From Nitrososphaerales archaeon (GTDB lineage Archaea > Thermoproteota > Nitrososphaeria > Nitrososphaerales > UBA213): 64,000 bases of DNA. The notes under the pieces are model-generated. The model made no database searches, had not been told where the DNA came from, and was given only the letters and a program-made list of their open reading frames with translations. Below, one piece after another: positions 10,950 through 23,117 of this stretch (within the stretch, counting starts at the first letter, position 1; each line of letters opens with the position of its first letter). The DNA is taken from contig CBDAOC010000017.1 of the NCBI GenBank assembly GCA_965197925.1, forward strand, positions 64,001-128,000. The letters run 5' to 3'. Both the position numbers and the translations under genes were made by a program.

Positions 10950-11768
10950 TTCATGGCAATCACTATGTCCCTGTCCAATCTCTTTACAAAACTTCAATAT
11001 CGCCTTTGACGCCATAGATGGTCTACTGATGAAAGACCTTCGGGATATAATGATACAGCAGGGCATTGCAATGTCTTTGAAAAGTCCTTCGATGGTAATA
11101 GTAAGGAAAACACTTTCAAAAGCAAGGCATGTATACTTTACATTCCTTACCAACACTGGAACGCAGAAGTTAGTTACCTATTTCGATGATAGGCTTCTAA
11201 ATAATGAGGCTCTGAATGCAGAATCGCCGGTGATCGCTCCAGATGCGAAATATTCCTACGGACGAAGAGGAAATATTGGAAAGTTCTTACCCACGGAACA
11301 AATAACTAATACAATAAGGAAATCTTTTCGACCTAGATTTCAGTGGAGACTCTAGTATTGATGGCCTATTTCGACACACAATTACTCATAGCAGAATTCA
11401 AAGATAAAATTGCATGTGACTTTAGGGTCTTTTTCATGGGTCATAAAGGAACAATTGAAGCAAGATATACTACCAATAAAGGGAAGCTACCGGAATCGCT
11501 TGAAAATGAAATGCGTGAATCGTTCAAGAGAAGTGAAGAGTTCTTGGATTTGGAAATAAAGGAAGAAGACCAATCAATGAAGCAGAAAGAACAAATCCAT
11601 AATATGGTAGAAAGGGCTACTCCTGAAAGTGCAAGAGATGTTGAAATTACTTAGCATCTGCGATACTTGATTCAGAGAGTAGCAACAAATGAACAGGCCG
11701 AAATTCTAATTCCACTGGGATGGAACTTTATTGGAACATTACCTAATGGCATAGTCTTACAGAAATAA
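10950..11768 (+). pseudogene. tyrosine recombinase/integrase relic, frameshifted and 5'-truncated
   Basis: RFQWR..L(M)AYFDTQLL (HxLR-type region), FFMGHKGTIEARYTT (catalytic H and Y), tail GWNFIGTLPNG; next to a tRNA. Confidence 0.8.
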
Positions 11769-11796
11769 ATAAGTGATAATGAACTACTGGCCCCAT

Positions 11797-11869
11797 GGGC
11801 TGGTAGTTCAGGGGTAGTAATGCTCGCTTCGCAAGCGAGAGGTCGCGGGTTCGAATCCCGCCCAGTCCA
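11797..11869 (+). tRNA. tRNA-Ala(CGC)
   Basis: Acceptor GGGCTGG/CCAGTCC-A with G3:U70, anticodon arm CTCGC-TTCGCAA-GCGAG, T-arm GCGGG-TTCGAAT-CCCGC; D-arm slightly irregular. Confidence 0.93.
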
Positions 11870-12248
11870 TATCGCTATTAGGAATACTTTTTCTCAACTT
11901 GTCTTTAATGAGTGAAGAAAGCATGTTGTAGTTAATGTCAAAAGGTATACCTTTGATCTTGATATATCTCTCAATAGCTGACTTGCAGTGTCATAACCTA
12001 ATTCCTGAAATTTACGATTTAGTGCTATAGTATCATTATCCGTAAGTTTGGCATTAACTACTCTTGGCATAATACCACTCTTCTTCCCTTACCGTTACAA
12101 GTATTTTTTCAACAATTCAGATGTCATAGGATCTAACTATTACTTTGCAGACCATGATTGTACGATCTGGCGATGTAGTTTGAGTAAGAGTTCATCTAGA
12201 ATTTCTATAAATTAAAAAAAAAGAAAGTGATGATTTTGTTCGTTGTAC

Positions 12249-13710
12249 CTACGTTAGCACATTACCTATTACAGTAATGTAAGCATCTGCTGGAAGAGCT
12301 CCTACAGCGCCTATTACTACTATGTCGGTCAGCAGGTCTGCACTGACATTTGCGACAGTTATAGTCCTATGGAATATGCACATATCGGAGTCATTGTCAA
12401 ATGTATTAGCATTGCTCGCATCTCCCACAAAGTCCGCTCTTCAGGCAATTCCCGTGTTATGAGCACCCATCAGCACTATATCAAGATTTGGAGCCTGATC
12501 CGCCTTTACATCTACCAATAGCTCCTGATCATCACATCCATCGGCACCAACGTCTGCGACTGGAAGGGTTGCGGCTATATGAACCTGGCCCATTCCGTGG
12601 GGAGTAGTATCAGCGACGACTATTGTACTACCATCGGTAACGCCGCCCAGGTTAACGGTCTCCAGGAAAAATCTGTTCTTGCGAATTTCGCCTTAAACTG
12701 CATCTTCAACCGCATCTATCCTAGCTTCTAGGCCAGTGTGCACCGTGCTTGCCCTCTCTACTGGCATGAATGCAAATATTCCTGCTATCAATACTGTTGC
12801 TGCTAATATACCCAACTCATCTCAAAACCCTACAATACATCAAAAATGATGCAGGATTAACAAATGCCAGATAGTTTTCTGCCGTTCTTTCATACCTGGT
12901 TCTTGTTCTGTGAAATCCATTCTTGAGCCATGCAAGGAATCTCTCAACTACAAATCTTGTCTTGTTGTAATGTTTGCAATCATTATTTTGCAAGATGAAC
13001 TTGGAATTTATTTTGTATGGGATGCAACATGCAATATTTCTATCCCACAAATACATTCTGATGTATTTTGCATCATTTTGTCTGCATAAACTGATTCTAT
13101 CTGTTGTATTGAATCATCATCAAGATAGTCTGAAATTGATCCTGTAACATCCATGCATTTTGTACTGTCATGTTCATTTGCTGGACTCAACAGTATGGAT
13201 ATTGGAAATCCGTTACTCTCTACTGAGGCATGTATTTTTGTACCTGTTATTCTCTTGAATCCATTATATCCAGTTACATTGCCCCTTTTTTATCAGGAAT
13301 GGATGAAGAGTCAACTGATATTTTTTGTAGATTAATTTTGCCAGATTTATGTGCTGAGTGAATAGTACGTGATAGAATCTTTTTCCAGATTCCTTTTTGT
13401 TGCCATTTGTTTAACCTTCTGTTTGCAGTAGAATCATCACCATATCTTTTTGGCATATCGTCCCATCGGCATCCAGTAGTTAGAACATGGATTATTCCGT
13501 TAATGATTTTTCTATCATAATCCCTAGGCCTGCCAGTTTTTGCATGTGGTGGTATGTGTGATTCCATCATACTCCACTGTTTGTCTGATAATTCTTGGAA
13601 TTTCATAAAATAATTTTAGATGTCGCTATTCATGGATCTAAATGGTTGCTAAAAATTGTCTAAATGGTTAGTTTTGAGATGAGTTGACTAGGTATTGTTA
13701 GTTTATTCAT
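12249..13710 (-). pseudogene. exported protein of MNKLTIPS-leader family, split by an IS and carrying two internal stops
   Basis: ATG AAT AAA CTA ACA ATA CCT AGT at 13710, IS 12813-13686, then ILAATVLIAGIFAFMPVERASTVHT; paralog of 51343-51897. Confidence 0.85.
12813..13686 (-). mobile_element. IS5-family element (type A), copy 1
   Basis: 16-bp perfect TIR CAACTCATCTCAAAAC, near-matching 3-bp TSD (ACC/ACT), orfA MKFQELSDKQW and frameshifted orfB with RFVVERFLAWL; AAAAAAGGGG slippery site at the orfA/B junction. Confidence 0.95.
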
Positions 13711-14272
13711 TGATATAAATGGTTCTTACAGGTGTGTATTTAAGCATAATGAACAATTGATTTAGAATTACCTGTATGAAATTATTAGAACTTTCTAGAA
13801 TTATGTGAAACATCATAGAATTAAATTTAATTGCTAATGTTACTAGTGCAGGCAAACAATTACTCTAGCGGTATCAGCATTTCTTGATATCGCTAGAGAA
13901 ACTGATAGCCCTTTGCAGTTACTCCTAAAAAATCACCAAGGATTTCTAGGATAACCCTTCTGGCGAAATTTCCAATCAATTTCTATTCCCTCATAAAGGT
14001 AAGAAGTTTCATTATTCGTGAATGATTTGTCCTTACCTCATTCATAGCCCATCAAGTTACGAACGAATGAGTTAGAATAAATTACTAATAAGATTTCCAC
14101 TTTAGGTTAATATTTCCTCGACTTAATAAGCATATAACTACAACTTATGAAACCGAGGATTTGTTTAGGGAATCAATCCAAAGAGTTCTTAGTAAGTTCC
14201 TTTCTCAACCTACTCCGAGCACCAGGACCTGCTTCATTATAATCTGCGAATTCAGCGGATTCCATCAACTTA

Positions 14273-15337
14273 GAGCCTATCCTAAAATTCTAGCTGATAG
14301 TTAATGATTGGTAGAAATGATAACATTTAGAATGCAAGAATATTAGTTCATACTGTCAGGTTTAGTTTTCTTACTATTGATTTTATTAGTATTGTAGATA
14401 GTAGATACTAGAAACAGTTGCATTAACGTGTTTATGACACTACCAATATATCGCTCTGTATACTATCAGGCAGTCAGCAAATTCTGCTAATGCCTGATAA
14501 TTTTCCTCTCTCTTCTCGAACCTTACCAATAACTTTCTGAACCTGTTATGCCAAGATGCGGTTCTTTTTACAACCCATCTCTTTGCTTTGCACAAATTCT
14601 TTTTCAACACTTCACCCTTATGACGAATGTGATCCACATATCCCCTTCTCCTTTCTCCTTTCTCCTTTCTTCATACTCCATACTCTATCTCAGGGAAATC
14701 GTATCCTATTCATGCATATGTTCTGTTTAACTTTGGGCCTATCAACAACAATGCTATCTATTGTAGGAAAGGCTGATTTCATATCGTGTTTATTTGCTCC
14801 AGTAATTACAGATGAGAGAGGAATACCTCTTCTATCAACCAGCATGTGACGTTTGGTACCTAGCTTGCCTCTATCCGTTGGGTTTGCTCCGGTCGTTTTC
14901 CCCCTAATGGGGCCTTCGGTACGCTATCCATGGATTGCCAGTCCCATCCTATACCCTTCAATTCATCATATATTTCCAGCAGCCTCTTCCATACCTTTTC
15001 GAATACTCCTATCCCAATCCATTCCTGAAATCTTGCATGGCAAGTTGAGCCAGAACCAAATTCTTTCGATACCTTCTTCCACTGGCATCCAGTTCTTAAT
15101 ACGTACAGTATTCCATTCAACACTTTTCTAAATGGTACAGCTGGCCTTCCAACTGTTCTTGCTGGTTTCCTTGGCGGCAGCACTAGTTTGAACTCTTCCC
15201 ATAGATTGTCTGGTATATGCCATATGGTCGGCATGCTCTTTTTCTTTGATTTTCTCACAAATTTAGCTAGAGAGGACAGATCTGGATCTGTTTCGGTATA
15301 AACAATTAGGCTATGATGTTAATTTTCGGATAAGCCC
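14273..15337 (-). mobile_element. IS5-family element (type B), copy 1, degenerate
   Basis: TIRs GAGCCTATCCTAAAATT / GGGCTTATCCGAAAATT, TTA on both sides; orfA LYVLRTGCQW, orfB RWVVKRTASWHNRFRKL. Confidence 0.95.
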
Positions 15338-18225
15338 TTATTCCATATGCTTTTATCAACAGATCTACTGTCAATCCTAATTCAATTCCAGAACCTTCCT
15401 CAATCTGTAATTTACATGACTCTCCCGTTGTGTAAATCCTCTTATCCTGTTTTACGGCTTCAAATAATTCTCTTCCTATCTGCATTGCCAGATCATAATT
15501 ATCCTTGATAAAACTATAAGAGCCACCCACACCACAACAACCCTTTTCAACAATATGATAACGCAGCTTTGGTATCAAATTCAGCAGATTTATCACATGT
15601 TTGTCTACACCCTGTACTAATGTGTGACAGTGGAAATGTATTCCAACCTTTCATCTATAGGTTTAAAATCAGTATCTAGTTCATTTTTTTTACGCAAATT
15701 GCTCAGAAATTCGTGTATATCAAAAGTATTGTTGACAACTGTTCGTCTCCTCGTTATCCAAAAACATCTAGGTAATCCATTTTCAGTGCGATGGAAGAGC
15801 TGGGAGAGAAGCATATAATAGGTATACCTTTTACTACATGTGAATACAAATTCCTTACATTATATTTAGCGATTTCTTTTCCAACATCTGGAGCATCTTC
15901 AAGCAATGCCTGTAGCCCAGATGATAATTGTGATGGGAAAATAACATTATAACCATTTCTTTCCAATACCTTTACTAAACGTATTCCAAGCAACGGATCT
16001 ACATATCGTATGTAAGTGTCACAGAAGAACACCACATGTTTGTCTAGTGACCTAAGAGTATCATGTGAGTTGAACATAGCATCAAAGGTTCTTCTACTAA
16101 ATTTGGGGAATTTCTTTCTAGAGTCTATACCAGTTTTACTTTCAAGTATTTTTCTAAAGAATCTATTATCCATTAGGAAATTTGATAATGGTGCCAGTTT
16201 ACATGCAAGTGATGCGTGTTTATCTATCTCTATAAAATATTCATAACCTTTTGGAAGACCTACCTTCTTTTCATATAGAGCTCTTGCCTCAGCCATCGAT
16301 TTGCCTACATTAACATTTGTTGGACAATCTATCAAACACATTTTACATTGAACACAGTATTTGTAAATAATGCCTTTATATTCAGTAGTTAAGGCAAAAT
16401 CATTCGCCAAACCATCAACCTTTGCAAGCCATCTCAACACATTATTCCTTCCCCTGCAACTAGCAATCTCATCATTTATTCACTTATATACAGGACACAT
16501 TCTCGAACCAAAATTCAGTTCTCTGCAAGCACCACATCCATGGCACAAATCCACTTCGTTATCATGACTCAACTCTTCCCTGTAACCAGTCACTTCTCTC
16601 TGCACTTTATTATCATTTAATTACCATTTCAGTACATTCCCTTGATATTTGCGCTTGTAACCATATCTAAAATTTTTCACAAATGTTCCTGATAGAGTAA
16701 TTTTCTTGTTTGGGTTCATTATATTGTTAGGGTCAAACATTTCCTTTATCTTTACAAACAATTGGTATATTCCATCACCATACACATCCCTTATGAATTC
16801 GGAACGTGCAAGACCATCTCCATGTTCCCCAGATATGCTACCGTTAACGCTTGTTATTGCATTTAGAAGATCTTTAGATATATCTTTCATAATTTTCATA
16901 TCCTCAGTATTACCAACATCAAGCAGTGGTCTAGTATGCAAGTTTCCATCACCTGCATGTCCATAGATGACATAATTCAGGCCATATTTACCATATACCT
17001 GTTGCAATGTGTCAACTAGAAATCCTAATTTATCCACAGATACCAAAGGGTCTTCCATGAAAGCAATAGGTTTTCTCTCACCTTCTCTTATCTTCATGGT
17101 ATATGATAAAACGTTCTTTCTAATTTCCCATAACCTTGCTATTTCTTCATCGTCAGATGAAAATGTTATAATTTTACCCTTTATTTCATGAACAATTTCT
17201 GAAAGGTTGTTAACACACTCTTTCATCTCGGACATATTAGTACCATCAAACTCCACAAAAAGCAAACAATTAAAATCTGATTGTAGCATTGAAGAAAGCT
17301 CGTCACTTGCAGTGCTAGCAAGCCGTATCACGGTTTTATCTAAAAGTTCAACCGTTGACGGCTCTAGCTCTAATATTTTTTTGATAGATTGAGAAGCCCG
17401 TAACGTGCTATCAAATCCCAGAAGCAATAATGTTTTTTTCTTTGGGAGATCCAGTATTCTAAACTTGGCCTTTACTACAATCCCAAGAGTACCTTCAGAT
17501 GCTACAAATAACTTACTCATGTCAAGCATGTTATCCCCTAACACTTTGTCTATCCTATATCCACACGAATTCTTTCTAACCTTGGGAAATTTGGTGTGGA
17601 ACAATTCTTCGTTTGGTTTTAGTAATTTTAGGAGTGATTTCAATAACATGCCTTCAATCGATTTGTCTTTTATACCAGACATCACTTCCTATTACTATTG
17701 ATTCTACATGTAGAAGTTCCCCATTTGACATAATCACATCAAGTGATAGAACGTAGTCAACCGTACTGCCATACTTGACCGTATGTGCTCCACTTGCATT
17801 AGTTGCTATCATACCACCGACTGTGCAGTAGTTCGCACTTGAAGGATCTGGTGGCAAAAACTTTCCATCTGTCTCGAGAATTCTATCTAGAATACCTTTG
17901 TATAATCCGGTTCCACTACGTAGTTTTCATTTGTATTAACCTCGACAATCTTGTTCATATATTTGGTAAAATCGATGATAATACCATCGCCGATAGCCTG
18001 ACCAGCTAGTCCGCCACCGCTACCCCTAGCAGTCACAGATATATTATTTTCAGACGCAAATTTTACAACCTTTGTCACATCATCTATATTCCTAGGTAGA
18101 ACAATACATTTGGGTACAATCTCATACGCGCTAGCATCACTTGCATACATGTATCTCTGCCATGTATCGGAGAGGATATCACCACTTATCGACTTTAATG
18201 ATCCATGAATGAATTTTGAACTCAT
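15338..18225 (-). pseudogene. FAD-linked oxidase / 4Fe-4S / CCG-domain fusion (GlcD-GlcF, D-lactate dehydrogenase-like), multiply frameshifted
   Basis: Collinear fragments: ARGSGGGLAGQA, PDPSSANYCTVGGM, HAGDGNLH, GEHGDG, CHGCGAC, CVQCKMCLIDCP, GCCGVGGSY. Confidence 0.9.
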
Positions 18226-18334
18226 ATTATTTGTTCTTATTATTTTTATTTTTGTAATATAAAGCCTTTAACTCATAAATTGAGATTTTAAAAGCAAAGC
18301 TTTAATTTACTAAGGCTAACTTTTTGATTTAAAC

Positions 18335-19465
18335 ATGAATTTACTGGATATCCAATTACAACTAAATCCATTATTTCCGGGAGGAGGTGAAGGCCAATGG
18401 TGGACTTACCTGATCTGGATTTTACCGATATTTTTATTCTTATTTTATGGACAGAAACTTCAGATGTGGATGATGCTTAAGGATGTGTCCAAGTCTATGA
18501 ATAAGCTTAAAGGCATGAAAGACAGTTCTAGGAAAGAGGCAATAGAATATGCAAAGTCCGTAAATTCAAATTTGGATCCTACTGAGAGAATCGATCAATT
18601 CATGGAATATTTTACCATTATGCCTGTGTCAATGGATCCAAATGGGATAATACCTAAACTGCAGCACTTGATGCGCATAAGAGATGATAGAATGAAGGCA
18701 GAAGTAAGAAAATTTTTGCCTTCCATTGATGCTTTAACCGCAAGCAAGATGGAGAATATACTTGAAGCTTCAACTATCCTACATTTGATCTTCAAAGTGG
18801 TAAGACATTTTTACCTGATGGGAAAGAAAAGCGGTAGTATGTTTTTCCTTGTACAATTACAGATGATAATGCCTATCCTTTTGGAGGAAGCTGAAGCGTT
18901 GAAAAAAGCTATAAACGCGTTCAAAGACGGGCAGCCCATTGGTGATGGAATAGGACCAATGATCGTGGGAAAGATGATGCTCAACAAGGAAAAGAGAACC
19001 CTTGCCAAGGAAACCGTTGTATGCGAGGATCGATACAATGGACGGACATTGTACCTGATGAAGGCAGAAGGCCCAATGGGCAGTGTAGGTGAGCCTGGGA
19101 CTGCTGTTGAGAATCTAATCAATGAAATGGGGGTAACCGTGAATTCGATAGTTATGATAGATGCTGCTTTGAAACTCGAAGGAGAAAAAACTGGGGAATT
19201 GGCAGAGGGTGTTGGTGCAGCTATAGGTGGAATTGGTGTAGATAGGTTCCAGATTGAAGAGGTCGCGACCAAGCATGGGATACCTGTTTATGCGATAATT
19301 ATCAAACAATCAGTACTTGATGCGATCACTGTGATGAAGAAGGAGATAGCTGAATCAATTGAGAAAGTTAACAAGTCTATCTTCAACGTGATAGATGACA
19401 AAACAAGAGAAGGTGATAAAGTCTTAATAATAGGTGTTGGAAACACGATAGGTGTTGCGCAATGA
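18335..19465 (+). CDS. DUF1512-family conserved archaeal membrane-anchored protein
   Basis: N-terminal TM; PIGDGIGP, IDAALKLEGE, GVGNTIGVAQ. Confidence 0.8.
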   Translation: MNLLDIQLQLNPLFPGGGEGQWWTYLIWILPIFLFLFYGQKLQMWMMLKDVSKSMNKLKGMKDSSRKEAIEYAKSVNSNLDPTERIDQFMEYFTIMPVSMDPNGIIPKLQHLMRIRDDRMKAEVRKFLPSIDALTASKMENILEASTILHLIFKVVRHFYLMGKKSGSMFFLVQLQMIMPILLEEAEALKKAINAFKDGQPIGDGIGPMIVGKMMLNKEKRTLAKETVVCEDRYNGRTLYLMKAEGPMGSVGEPGTAVENLINEMGVTVNSIVMIDAALKLEGEKTGELAEGVGAAIGGIGVDRFQIEEVATKHGIPVYAIIIKQSVLDAITVMKKEIAESIEKVNKSIFNVIDDKTREGDKVLIIGVGNTIGVAQ

Positions 19466-19644
19466 AGAAGGACCAGAGTGAAAAGCCCACAATCTATACA
19501 ATTGAGGAATGTCAGCAGTGTAGGCAAAAGACGAAACGTACATTCAAGCTTGGAGATTTTGTTTATAAATTGGGAGAATTATGTTCTAAATGTAGTACTT
19601 CGACATTAATTACTATGATCTATGCTGAGGTTATGAAACCTTAA
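19462..19644 (+). CDS. small zinc-finger protein
   Basis: CQQC...CSKC; ATGA-coupled to the upstream gene. Confidence 0.75.
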   Translation: MKKDQSEKPTIYTIEECQQCRQKTKRTFKLGDFVYKLGELCSKCSTSTLITMIYAEVMKP

Positions 19645-20558
19645 CTTGTTATTATGATTACACTGTTTTCAGTAGGCATAACCGTATGTTCTGCCTGTGC
19701 CACAAACTTCCCGTTACCTTCTATCAGTATTGGATAGGAATGAATAAGTTTTTTCTTAGCTAGAAATTCCAACAAATGACGTCCTTCCTTTTCTTCATAG
19801 TCTCTGAGTAACCAGCGCAAGGCAAAGGGTAATGTCTTGAATCTCTTCCAAAGATAATCTAGGAAGGCATCTGCATTTTTGTCTCCAGTTCTTTTCCTAG
19901 TAGAGATAGCATGTATGTTCTTCACTTTCCCGTTATGAACTACACCACTACCATCTTTAGTAGTGAGGAAGGGTTCTATAGCATATGCCTCCATAGGTGC
20001 CAAACTAGAGCTTCCTATAGTCCAGATATTAGGTATTGATTTTCCAGCATGAATTGTATATTGTGCAAGGGAATGGCCACTCAAATTGTGTATTGGTTTG
20101 AAACCCATTCTATTTGCCGTATGCTCAACAATCTTACCAATTCCATTAGTCTTTACATTTGCTTTTACGATTTTAACTGCTTCTTGCAAAGCAAGTTCTA
20201 CGGCATTTACAAGTAAATCATACTCTGGATTATAGCATAAAGTAACTGCAGTATCTGCAATGTAACCGTTTATGTGAACGCCGATATCGATCTTCAATAT
20301 ATCGCCATCCTTCACGACAATCTCGTCGCCTGGTTCAGCTGTATAGTGAGCTGCAATTTCATTTAAACTTACATTGCACGGAAAAGCGGGTTGTCCACCA
20401 CGCTGCCTTATCATATCTTCTACATGTTCGCATATCGTGAACAGCATTTCACCAACGTGATATCGCTTTCTTATCTCTTCTCTTACTTCACCAGCTATTT
20501 TACCAGCTTTCTGATAATTTTCTATACCCAATGAGATAGAAATCCTGTAGGGCTCCAA
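19641..20558 (-). CDS. map: type II methionine aminopeptidase
   Basis: AFPCNVSLNEIAAHYT, DIGVHINGYIADTA, LSGHSL, AIEPF, AQAEHT. Confidence 0.96.
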   Translation of the reverse strand: MEPYRISISLGIENYQKAGKIAGEVREEIRKRYHVGEMLFTICEHVEDMIRQRGGQPAFPCNVSLNEIAAHYTAEPGDEIVVKDGDILKIDIGVHINGYIADTAVTLCYNPEYDLLVNAVELALQEAVKIVKANVKTNGIGKIVEHTANRMGFKPIHNLSGHSLAQYTIHAGKSIPNIWTIGSSSLAPMEAYAIEPFLTTKDGSGVVHNGKVKNIHAISTRKRTGDKNADAFLDYLWKRFKTLPFALRWLLRDYEEKEGRHLLEFLAKKKLIHSYPILIEGNGKFVAQAEHTVMPTENSVIIITS

Positions 20559-20696
20559 TATAAAATATGTTTATTATTCAATTATGAAAGGGCTTGTTTT
20601 ATACATCTAATGAGTCTGCTACCTACGGTAATATGGAAAGACATCTTCTGTTGCTTAAAATTGTTTTGAGCAAGAAGATCTACCTTTAACTAATTG

Positions 20697-21446
20697 TTAT
20701 TGTTTGACCCCGATTGCTAGGCCATCCCTTGCAGGTATGATAACAGAAGGCATTCTTCCCATCAATAACTTGTTAAACGTTGCGATGGCATCTGCATCTT
20801 TCGACTTGTTCTTGATTGTTACCTCTCCTCTCCATAATGCATTATCAGCTATTAATAAACCATTTTTGTTCAATCGTTCAATGCAATGATCAAGGTAGTT
20901 GGGATAATTTTCTTTGCTATCATCTATGAATATTAAGTCAAATTTATCCTTAATTTTGGGTATAATTTCCAATGAATTTCCATTAACAACTTTTATAGTA
21001 TTTTCAAGTCCCGCACGCCTGATGTTTTTTACGGCTTCACTTGCAAGATCACTGTTGATTTCTATTGTCATAACCTTGCCGTTATTTGGCTTTACGGCTA
21101 GCCCTAACCATATAGCAGAGTATCCTATAGCGGTTCCAAATTCCAAAACATGCTTAGTATTTGACGCTATAGCAATAATGTGCAACAGCCTACCGATCAT
21201 AGGACCAACTATAGGTATGTGTTTGGATTCTGCAATTATCTCCAGTTCTTTCAACACCGTAGGACTGGTAGGTAGAAGACTGTAAAGATATTTTTCAATC
21301 TCATTATTAGTAATAGAATCCACATTTGTTCTACATATAACTACAAGTTTAAGTCTTAGCATTTTCAACGTAATCCAAATACTTTGACGAAGAACAAACA
21401 TCATGATAACGCAGATTGAATTGTCACGGTAACGGATCTTCACCAT
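20697..21446 (-). CDS. class I O-methyltransferase (true start likely downstream of ORF start)
   Basis: VLEFGTAIGYSAIW, FDLIFID, GLLIADNALW. Confidence 0.9.
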   Translation of the reverse strand: MVKIRYRDNSICVIMMFVLRQSIWITLKMLRLKLVVICRTNVDSITNNEIEKYLYSLLPTSPTVLKELEIIAESKHIPIVGPMIGRLLHIIAIASNTKHVLEFGTAIGYSAIWLGLAVKPNNGKVMTIEINSDLASEAVKNIRRAGLENTIKVVNGNSLEIIPKIKDKFDLIFIDDSKENYPNYLDHCIERLNKNGLLIADNALWRGEVTIKNKSKDADAIATFNKLLMGRMPSVIIPARDGLAIGVKQ

Positions 21447-21532
21447 TAATTTTCATTCAATAACAATAAGTTGGATGGGAAAGTTCCAAAAGCCTAGACT
21501 AAAATTATCAATTCTTCACTGTCAGAAATAAT

Positions 21533-22117
21533 TTAATGTTTATATAATGGAACCTTCATCGTAGCGAACATTATATCATTGCTATCAGTAATATGCTGGA
21601 ATTTTTTATCATAAAATTCAAACTCCTCTACACCATAAAGATGTTTATCCCATTGTTCATGTATTTTCTCTCCAAATATCTTGTTGTCATAATGCTTTTG
21701 TCTCCCTACTTCATGAAGTAAAATATGGGAGACTCTTGAGCAGTTTTCCAATGCAAAAAATGTATGCTTTTCTGCATCCCTCCTAAATTCTTTCCATTTA
21801 ATCAGACCCATGTTATCCGTAAAGAAACCTGAACTACAATCCGACCATACTGGTTTGAAGTAGGAGAGATAGAAATGATAATCAAGTTCACCTTTCTCTT
21901 TATGATGTTTTATGAGATCATTCATTCCAAATCTAAGTCGCATTAACCAAGTCTTTTCTATAACCAGAACATCTACATTGATGGTACAATGCAAAGAAAA
22001 TGTCTCCCGCAACCACCACCTGTAAAATTTTGCCATCTGAGGAACATAAGGCCAATCATCTCTTAATTTTTCCTCATATTCATCACTTTGTGAAACGTAA
22101 ATGAAATGTATATTCAT
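21533..22117 (-). CDS. conserved hypothetical protein
   Basis: Intact 194-aa ORF; SHILLHE resembles a degenerate zincin motif. Confidence 0.7.
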   Translation of the reverse strand: MNIHFIYVSQSDEYEEKLRDDWPYVPQMAKFYRWWLRETFSLHCTINVDVLVIEKTWLMRLRFGMNDLIKHHKEKGELDYHFYLSYFKPVWSDCSSGFFTDNMGLIKWKEFRRDAEKHTFFALENCSRVSHILLHEVGRQKHYDNKIFGEKIHEQWDKHLYGVEEFEFYDKKFQHITDSNDIMFATMKVPLYKH

Positions 22118-22449
22118 TCAAGATGTGACAATAATCACTGGTAATAAATCATATGCCATATCATGACATTACTGATTCTTTTATTAGGACTTCCTCCACA
22201 AATTTTTATTTCGAATTGTCTGTATTTGCCCGTTACTCGTAATATCCCCTGGATAGGTTCCTGATATGTCTTGGACATTTACACCTTACAATAGATCTAG
22301 ATCCAAACCAAAATTACTTTTTTTTGAATTCGTCAAAAACAAATATGTGAATTGTAAACTAATGAAAAGGATTTAATCAATTATGGTTGTTATACATTAG
22401 TTTCACTCACTTTAACTGGTAAAAATCAAAAAGGAAAAGGGTAAACTTT

Positions 22450-22731
22450 TTATTTTTCTCTGCTAACTTCTATTTCTATTGTCGAGACATTCCTAGATCT
22501 TCCGTCCTGAGATTGCATTTCCTCAGAACCTATTTTCACTCCATTGACCACATACCCAAGGGTGTTCATTCTTTTGACAATTATCTGAGACACATCTACT
22601 GCTAGTGTTATGCTCATCCCCCTTGCTTTAATGATCACTTTTGGCTCATTTGCTAATTGAACCAATGCTGCTGTGACATACGTCATTATAGGTTTCTTTC
22701 CTATATAAATTTCATTCATTGGCTTTGACAT
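22450..22731 (-). CDS. albA: DNA/RNA-binding protein Alba
   Basis: IYIGKKPIMTYV, IIKARG, NVSTIEI. Confidence 0.95.
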   Translation of the reverse strand: MSKPMNEIYIGKKPIMTYVTAALVQLANEPKVIIKARGMSITLAVDVSQIIVKRMNTLGYVVNGVKIGSEEMQSQDGRSRNVSTIEIEVSREK

Positions 22732-22781
22732 AACTCTATATCCCGTCAGACATCATATATATTGGTTTGCTGGCTGATTAA

Positions 22782-23051
22782 CTATACATCTTTTTCCCCC
22801 TGCTGCTTATCCAGATATTTCCCAAGAATACTCTTTATTGAATCTGAATCCGGATCGCATATTATAGCTTCTGCAACCTCCTTATCTTCTACTTCATAAC
22901 AATTTACCAGTTCATTTTCATCTTTAAAAAAAAGAAATGTTCTCCTCCCATAAACACAATAATATATCTTATCAATCTCCATTATTTTCGTCTTAACAAC
23001 TATACCATCCTCTTTTACAATGAGGGGATAATCTTCATTCAATGTTTTCAT
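22782..23051 (-). CDS. conserved hypothetical protein
   Basis: Intact 89-aa ORF upstream of alba. Confidence 0.7.
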   Translation of the reverse strand: MKTLNEDYPLIVKEDGIVVKTKIMEIDKIYYCVYGRRTFLFFKDENELVNCYEVEDKEVAEAIICDPDSDSIKSILGKYLDKQQGEKDV

Positions 23052-23117
23052 TTAGTGTTTCTACTATTTAGACAAGTATAGATATTTTCATATTGAGTAC
23101 CCAATATTTAAAAAAGA

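Noticed and set aside
10857..11156. 99-aa minus-strand ORF as a real gene
   Set aside because: It is a chimera of antisense integrase sequence and a transposase C-terminal fragment.
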